NCBI GenBank assembly: GCA_040218735.1
Contig: JAVJQW010000037.1
Span: 1-32,229, forward strand
Reading direction: 5' to 3'
Length of the DNA: 32,229 bases
DNA from: Deltaproteobacteria bacterium
GTDB taxonomy: Bacteria; Myxococcota; Kuafuiibacteriia; Kuafuiibacteriales; Kuafuiibacteriaceae
How positions within the stretch are numbered: the stretch's first letter is position 1; each line of letters starts with the position of its first letter. The notes beneath the pieces are model-generated. The model ran no database searches. It was not told where the DNA came from and saw only the letters and a program-made list of their open reading frames with translations. The position numbers and the translations under genes were made by a program. Shown here one piece after another: positions 26,982-32,229 of the stretch.

Positions 26982-27070
26982 TCGAACCCTTCGCCGCACG
27001 CCGGCACTCCTCGAAGCGCAGCTTGTGCTCCCGTGACGGCCGGGCGCAGGGTGCACGAACGGGGACGCCG

Positions 27071-30000
27071 ATGCGGAACGCCAGACACTCACCTCTCGCG
27101 CGCAGCCGAGGGCTTCGCTGCGGGCTCCTCCTCTTCGCGCTCACGGCGTGTGAGGACACCTTCCCGCTCGCCGGGTTGGCGCCCCCGCCGTGCACCTTCG
27201 ACGCGGCCGGCGGGTTCTGCGGGAGCGGCGCCTGCGAGATCGTCGTGCCGCCCGGCGCGCTCGAGCTCCCGACAACGATCTTCGTGGACGCCGAGGGGGC
27301 CGGCGATATCGGTGTCGATGTGGTCGGGGATCGGCTCTGTCGCGTCGGCCCCGCGGACGTCGTGTTCACCGTGCCCGCCGAGCTGCGCATGGCGATCGCC
27401 GAAGACGAGATCGCCGAGGGCTTCGACCTGTTCGACCTCGTCGGGTTCACCGTGGGAGAAGACGGCGAGCTCACGCGCGCCGCGTCCACGGACGCCCAAC
27501 CCACGTTCCGGCGAATCGCGATCCCCGTCGTCGGCGCCACACGTGCCGGCGCAACGATCGTCCCGAACGACATCGAGCTCGTCGACGAGCTCGGGCGCGT
27601 CGACCTCGACATCACCGACGCCGCGTCCTACCTGCGAAACCTCTCCGCGTTCCCGTTCCGCGGCGTGTTCTTCGACGGCGAGCGGCTGTACGTCGGGAAC
27701 GGCCCACGCGTGTTGGTCTGGGAAGACGGCATCCCGGAGCACGGCCTCGTCCCGCCCGACCTCGTGATCGGCAAACGCGACCTCGAAGACGTCAGCACGA
27801 TCGTCGACGCGGCGAACATCTCCGGGAACGTCGAGGACATCTGGAGCGACGGCGAACGACTCGTCGTGAGCGCCGGTCACCGCGTTCTGATCTGGGAGCG
27901 GCGCCCCACCGAGTCCGGCGCCCCCGCGGACCTCGTGCTCGGTCAGGAGACGTTCAACACCAACGACGCCAACCTCGGCGGCGCGCCCTCCGCGCAGACG
28001 CTGTTCGCCCCCGACGAGCTCACCTCGGACGGCACCCGCTTGATGGTCGCCGACACCGCCAACCACCGCGTGCTCGTCTGGGACACCTTCCCGCGCCTCT
28101 TCGGCCAGCCGGCCGACCGGGTGATCGGGCAACCCGCGTTCGACAGCAACACGCTGCGCGCGGGTGCCATCCCGTTCTACCAACCGCGCGGCGTCTACCT
28201 CGACGCGTCGCGAATCCTGGTGAGCTCGTCGCTCGGCTGCACGTGTGCGTTCGGCCTGGACGCCGACTTCGAGAACGACAACCCGCTGCCGGACTTCACG
28301 GTGGGGATCGAGAACGGCGTGCGGCGCGTGACACCGACCGCGTTCTCCCAACCGTCCGCGATGCACGCCTACGGCGAAGGCGGGCTCGCGCTGCGCGACG
28401 CGAGCGGCGCGCGCGTGAGTTTGTGGCGCACGTTCCCCGAGTCGGACGACCAGGCGCCGGATCTCTACGTCGGCAAGCCGGACGGACGCATCGGCGGGAC
28501 GGCGGTGACCGGTGTGAACGCGTCGTCGATCACCGCGGGCGCGAGCGCGATGGGCGGCGTCTTCGCGGACGAGGAGCGATTGATCGTCGCCGACGAGACG
28601 CGTGTGCTGGTGTGGCGATCGCTCCCCGAGGTGAGCTACGAACCCGCCGACCTGGTGATCGGGCAGCCCGGGAGCACGACCGCCGAGCCAGCGATCGACT
28701 ACGGCGGAATCGCGCGCGACAGCCTCGCCCACCCCCACGGGCTCTACGGTGAAGGCGCGACGATCGCGATCGCGGACCGCTCGAATCACCGCGTCGTCAT
28801 CCGCGACGAGGACCAAACCGTGATCCTCGGCCAGGCCGACGGGGAGAGCTTCCTGGAGAACCGCGGCGACGAGGCACGCGCTGACACGCTGTCCGGTCCC
28901 ACCGACGCGCTGCTCGTCGCGGGGCGCGTCGTGGTCGTCGACTCCGGCAACCACCGCGTGCTCGTGTGGAACACCATCCCCACGACCGACGGCGCCCCCG
29001 CCGACCATGTCATCGGGCAGGCCGACTTCGCGTCGAACGCGCCGAACCGCGGGCGCCCCGACGACGACAAGGACGGGGATCGCGACGCCGACGCCGACAC
29101 GCTGCGCGGCCCGACCCGCGCGTTCGCGGTCGGCGATCGCCTGTACGTCGCGGACACCGAGAACCACCGCGTCCTCGCCTACGACGCCTTCGCCACCGCG
29201 CAGGTCGCGACCGCCGTGATCGGGCAGGCCGACTTCGAAGCCAACGACCCCAACCGCGGCGGTGGCTGGTACGACCGCGACGCGGACACCTTCGCGCTCC
29301 CCGAGGGGCTGTACGTCGACGACGGCGATCTGTACGTCGCCGACCGCGAGAACAACCGCGTGCTGGTGTTCTTCGACGTCGCGACGACCGACGACGTCGC
29401 GGATCTCGTCTTCGGCCAACCCGACTTCACGTCGGACGCCGCGCCGAGCATCGCCGCACCGCCGGCTTCGAACCAAGGGCTCCCGTACAACCCCCCGCAG
29501 CTGACCGCCTCGGCGCTCACGTTGCGACGCCCACGCGACGTGCGGGTCCTCGGCGGCCGCGTGCTCGTCGCCGACGGCGACAACCACCGGGTGCTCGGCT
29601 ACGCGCCGCCGTACGACGCTGCGCCGTTCGAAGCGACCCTGGTGATCGGGCAGGAGGACTTCGAAGCCCACGTCGCCAACGCCGACGGGATCGGCGCGAC
29701 GTCCCTGCAGACCCCCACCGCGCTCGCGACGCGCGACGATCAGCTCCTCGTCGCCGACGCCGGCAACCACCGCGTGTTGGCGTTCCCCGTCGCGTCCCTC
29801 GTCGACGGCACGCGACCGGAAGCGGCGGAGGTTTTCGGGCAGATCGACGCGATCGGCCACGGCATCAACAAGAGCGCACGCTCGCCGGGCCTGCTGTCGA
29901 ACCCGACCGGGGTCGCGCACGACGGAACCCACCTGTGGGTCGTCGACCGCGACCACCACCGCGTCGTCGCGTACGGTGAAGATGGCGAGCCGGCGTTTGC

Positions 30001-30919
30001 GCTCGGGCAGCCGGATCTCTCACGCGGGCTCGCAAACGCCGGCGACGAACCGAGCGCGTCGACGCTCGCGTCGCCGACCGACGTCTACGCCGACGCCGAG
30101 CGGCTGATCGTCGCCGACCGTAACAACCACCGCGTGTTGATCTGGTCGCCGCCCCCCACCCACAACGCCGCCCCCGCGGACGTGGTGATCGGCCAGCGGT
30201 CGTTCGAGACGAACGTCGCCAACGCCGGGCGTGGCATCGAGCTCGCCGGACCCGACGGGCTGAGCGCGCCGGAGGGCATCGACTACGCGGACGGCAAACT
30301 CTACGTCGCCGACACCGGCAACTCCCGCGTCGTGGTGTTCGAGGCGCCGTTCACGAACGCAAGCGCCGCCACCGACGTGTGGTGCCAGACCGGGTTCGCC
30401 GACAACCGTTCGAACCGCGGTCGCGGCGCGCCCGACGCCGACACCTGCGCGGCGCCGCGCGACGTCACACGCGTTGAAGACAGCCTCTACATCGCCGACA
30501 CCCTCAACAACCGCGTCCTCGTCACGGGGCTGACCGGCGGCCCCGCGCACCAGGTGCTCGGGCAACGCGACTTCGTCACCCGCCTCACGCAGCCGGTCAG
30601 CGACTGGGCCTTCGCGAGCCCGGTGTCGGTCGCGTACGACGGCTCCAACCTCCTCGTCAGCGACAGCGGCCACCACCGCGTGCTCGTCTACGCGCTGCTC
30701 CCCGACCAGAACGGCGCCCCGGCGGATCGCGTGATCGGCCAGCGCAGCTTCGAGAGCCCGGTGCCCTCCCCCGAAGCGTCGGGCCTGCGCTCGCCGGGTC
30801 GTGTGGCGCTGGTGCCGCTGGCGTTCAACGACACCCGCGTCTACGTCGCCGACACCCAGAACAACCGCATCGCCGTGTACCGCGGCCTCGCCGCCCTCGG
30901 AGCGCTCACCGGGCAATGA
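27071..30919 (+). CDS. Large NHL-repeat beta-propeller lipoprotein with an N-terminal ZU5-like domain
   Basis: ATG 27071, lipobox LTAC, IVVPPGAL...GP..V.F..P (ZU5-like), and ~18 repeats of VADxxNHRVLxW...ADxVIGQxDF...LxxP. Confidence 0.85.
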   Translation: MRNARHSPLARSRGLRCGLLLFALTACEDTFPLAGLAPPPCTFDAAGGFCGSGACEIVVPPGALELPTTIFVDAEGAGDIGVDVVGDRLCRVGPADVVFTVPAELRMAIAEDEIAEGFDLFDLVGFTVGEDGELTRAASTDAQPTFRRIAIPVVGATRAGATIVPNDIELVDELGRVDLDITDAASYLRNLSAFPFRGVFFDGERLYVGNGPRVLVWEDGIPEHGLVPPDLVIGKRDLEDVSTIVDAANISGNVEDIWSDGERLVVSAGHRVLIWERRPTESGAPADLVLGQETFNTNDANLGGAPSAQTLFAPDELTSDGTRLMVADTANHRVLVWDTFPRLFGQPADRVIGQPAFDSNTLRAGAIPFYQPRGVYLDASRILVSSSLGCTCAFGLDADFENDNPLPDFTVGIENGVRRVTPTAFSQPSAMHAYGEGGLALRDASGARVSLWRTFPESDDQAPDLYVGKPDGRIGGTAVTGVNASSITAGASAMGGVFADEERLIVADETRVLVWRSLPEVSYEPADLVIGQPGSTTAEPAIDYGGIARDSLAHPHGLYGEGATIAIADRSNHRVVIRDEDQTVILGQADGESFLENRGDEARADTLSGPTDALLVAGRVVVVDSGNHRVLVWNTIPTTDGAPADHVIGQADFASNAPNRGRPDDDKDGDRDADADTLRGPTRAFAVGDRLYVADTENHRVLAYDAFATAQVATAVIGQADFEANDPNRGGGWYDRDADTFALPEGLYVDDGDLYVADRENNRVLVFFDVATTDDVADLVFGQPDFTSDAAPSIAAPPASNQGLPYNPPQLTASALTLRRPRDVRVLGGRVLVADGDNHRVLGYAPPYDAAPFEATLVIGQEDFEAHVANADGIGATSLQTPTALATRDDQLLVADAGNHRVLAFPVASLVDGTRPEAAEVFGQIDAIGHGINKSARSPGLLSNPTGVAHDGTHLWVVDRDHHRVVAYGEDGEPAFALGQPDLSRGLANAGDEPSASTLASPTDVYADAERLIVADRNNHRVLIWSPPPTHNAAPADVVIGQRSFETNVANAGRGIELAGPDGLSAPEGIDYADGKLYVADTGNSRVVVFEAPFTNASAATDVWCQTGFADNRSNRGRGAPDADTCAAPRDVTRVEDSLYIADTLNNRVLVTGLTGGPAHQVLGQRDFVTRLTQPVSDWAFASPVSVAYDGSNLLVSDSGHHRVLVYALLPDQNGAPADRVIGQRSFESPVPSPEASGLRSPGRVALVPLAFNDTRVYVADTQNNRIAVYRGLAALGALTGQ

Positions 30920-30933
30920 GCGGGCGCCCACCC

Positions 30934-30967
30934 GCAATGCCGTTGACTTAGCGGATCGGGCCCGCCT
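30934..30967 (+). repeat. Terminal inverted repeat (left end, IS4-like)
   Basis: CAATGCCGTTGACTTAG... is the inverted partner of 952-984 and resembles IS4-subgroup ends (YAATRCC). Confidence 0.8.
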
Positions 30968-30986
30968 GGAAAGGCCGTAGGCGGGC
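30960..30986. other. GC-rich hairpin just inside the left TIR
   Basis: GCCCGCCT-N11-AGGCGGGC forms a perfect 8-bp stem. There is no U-tract, so it is not called a terminator. Confidence 0.45.
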
Positions 30987-31521
30987 ATGACGCGCCCGAC
31001 TCACCTTGGAACGATCGCCCGACACGGCAGTGCCCCGCCGGCCCGCGCGGTCCGCGCTCCATGTTGGCGGAAGGACGGCGGCGAGGCTCCGCTCGCTGGT
31101 CGGCGGCACTCGCAACGATCCCGATGTAGCGCTCGCGGCGCGGCCATCCCCGAGATGGATCTTCGCAACCTCGCACGCGAGTAGCCCACGCCGCCTTCGA
31201 CCCGTTTCACGACACCGATGGATTGCGCGTCGGATGATTGCGCCGGCGGCGGTCGAGGGCTGCGATGGACCGGTGAGGTTCGCCGGCTGGTGAGAGGGAT
31301 GGGCGGTCGCGCAAGTCGAGTTGCAGAAGCGGGTTCTTTTTCTCTCTTGGGGATTGACGGAATTGGAGGCCCTGTCCGGGCTAGCTCTTCGACGAACGCA
31401 GTCCGTTTCGAAGTTTTCGAGCTTGGACGCATCGCCGGACGCTGACGGTCCATGGCGTGCGTCCTCGCACGTCTCAGACCGTCATCCTCGAGTCGTGCCG
31501 AATCGCGTTTCGAGGGCTCGA

Positions 31522-31530
31522 TGATACCTT
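31522..31530 (+). promoter_or_regulatory. Extended -10 element, probably for a leaderless HNH transcript
   Basis: TG-A-TACCTT lies 6 nt before ATG 31537, with no Shine-Dalgarno sequence. Confidence 0.45.
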
Positions 31531-31536
31531 CAATGC

Positions 31537-32229
31537 ATGAGCGCGGACGCTTGCAACCTGTCTTGCATGACCCAGAACGATCTCCTGGGCGGACTTCGTG
31601 AGGCGCTTCGCGCGGAGCTGAAGAGCGGTGTGCAGGCGCTCCGGTTCATGGCGGAGATCGAGCGGCGCAAGCTCTACGTGGAGCGCGGCTTCAGCTCGCT
31701 GTTTCGGCTCTGCGTCGAAGGGCTCGGGCTGACCGAGGACCAAGCGTGCCGGCGCGTCGCCGTGGTGCGCGCGGCGCGGCGGGTGCCCGAGGTCTTCCAG
31801 ATGATCGCGACCGGCGAGCTGCACATGACGGGCGTTGCGAAGCTCTCCAAGTTCATGAACGACGACAACGCCCACAGCCTCGTCGAGCAGGCGAAGAACA
31901 AGTCCAAGGCCGAGGTCGAGATGCTGATCGCTACCGAGTTCCCCGGAGCGAAGAGCAGTGACGATCACGTCGAGGCGGCGACCGCGGAGACGTTCGCCTT
32001 TCGCTTCGACGGGAGCGCCGAAGCGAAGGCGCTCTTGGATCGAGCCAAGGAGCTCACCCCGCCTGGGACGGACATCGGGGAGATCTTCGAAGCCGCGCTC
32101 GCGCTATACGTCGAGAGGCTGGAGAAGCGGAAGAATGGAAAGACGAGTCGTCCGCGATCGAAACCCGCCGAGGATGCGCCGGCGGGCGCAGCGTACGTCC
32201 CGACTGCAACGCGGCGTGCAGTGGTCGAG
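31537..32229 (+). CDS. DUF222-like / HNH endonuclease domain protein, copy 2 (3' end truncated; missing from ORF track)
   Basis: MSADACNLSCMTQNDLL...AEIERRKLYVERGFSSLFRLCVEGLGLTEDQACRRVAVVRAARRVP. Bases 31744-32229 align without gaps to 1-486. Alternative start at 31567. Confidence 0.88.
   Translation, partial: MSADACNLSCMTQNDLLGGLREALRAELKSGVQALRFMAEIERRKLYVERGFSSLFRLCVEGLGLTEDQACRRVAVVRAARRVPEVFQMIATGELHMTGVAKLSKFMNDDNAHSLVEQAKNKSKAEVEMLIATEFPGAKSSDDHVEAATAETFAFRFDGSAEAKALLDRAKELTPPGTDIGEIFEAALALYVERLEKRKNGKTSRPRSKPAEDAPAGAAYVPTATRRAVVE

Larger units (their letters stand above)
30935..32229 (+). mobile_element. Left part of putative non-autonomous IS4-like element carrying an HNH gene (copy 2)
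   Basis: The TIR is followed by ~570 nt of non-coding DNA and then the HNH gene, which runs off the window end. Confidence 0.6.

Noticed and set aside
27002-27017. CGGCAC upstream of the NHL gene (and one on the minus strand near 31500) as sigma54 promoters
   Set aside because: No -12 TTGC/GC at the required spacing and no upstream enhancer motif.
27071-30919. Recurrent DNA motifs (e.g. aaccaccgcgt, gtgatcgggcag) as a CRISPR or non-coding repeat array
   Set aside because: They are in-frame codons of NHL protein repeats, degenerate and irregularly spaced; no cas genes are present.
31001-31453. 150-aa minus-strand ORF and other small ORFs inside the element as a possible transposase
   Set aside because: Pro/Arg/Ser-rich with no DDE or YREK-type motif, and far too short for an IS4 transposase.

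Overview
High-GC bacterial DNA that looks like Myxococcota (inferred from gene content). About 30 kb of ordinary-looking chromosomal genes lie between two directly repeated, ~93% identical copies of a DUF222-like/HNH endonuclease gene (1-786 and 31537-end). Each copy sits inside an IS4-like terminal inverted repeat: 952-984 is the reverse complement of 30934-30967. Together they define a ~1.8 kb IS-sized unit with an HNH gene and no visible DDE transposase. The interior, in order: (i) a TetR-regulated RND efflux operon (MFP-RND-TolC-DUF2141); (ii) a low-oxygen response island with four universal stress protein genes, a soluble FixL-type heme-PAS histidine kinase, a sigma54-dependent response regulator, a CBS protein, a CNNM/CorC protein, and a nine-gene divergent cbb3-type oxidase operon (CcoG-cupredoxin fusion, diheme lipoprotein cytochrome c, ccoN, ccoO, CcoS-like, stand-alone CcoP-N-like peptide, CcoI-like Cu ATPase, DsbD_2/TauE protein, unknown membrane protein); (iii) a Ser/Thr kinase and an 18-repeat NHL beta-propeller lipoprotein. 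Four sigma54-type promoters share the same tandem CGTTAC-N6-GTAACG-like upstream sites at almost identical spacing, which suggests a self-contained O2-responsive sigma54 regulon. All calls come from manual motif recognition; no database searches were run.
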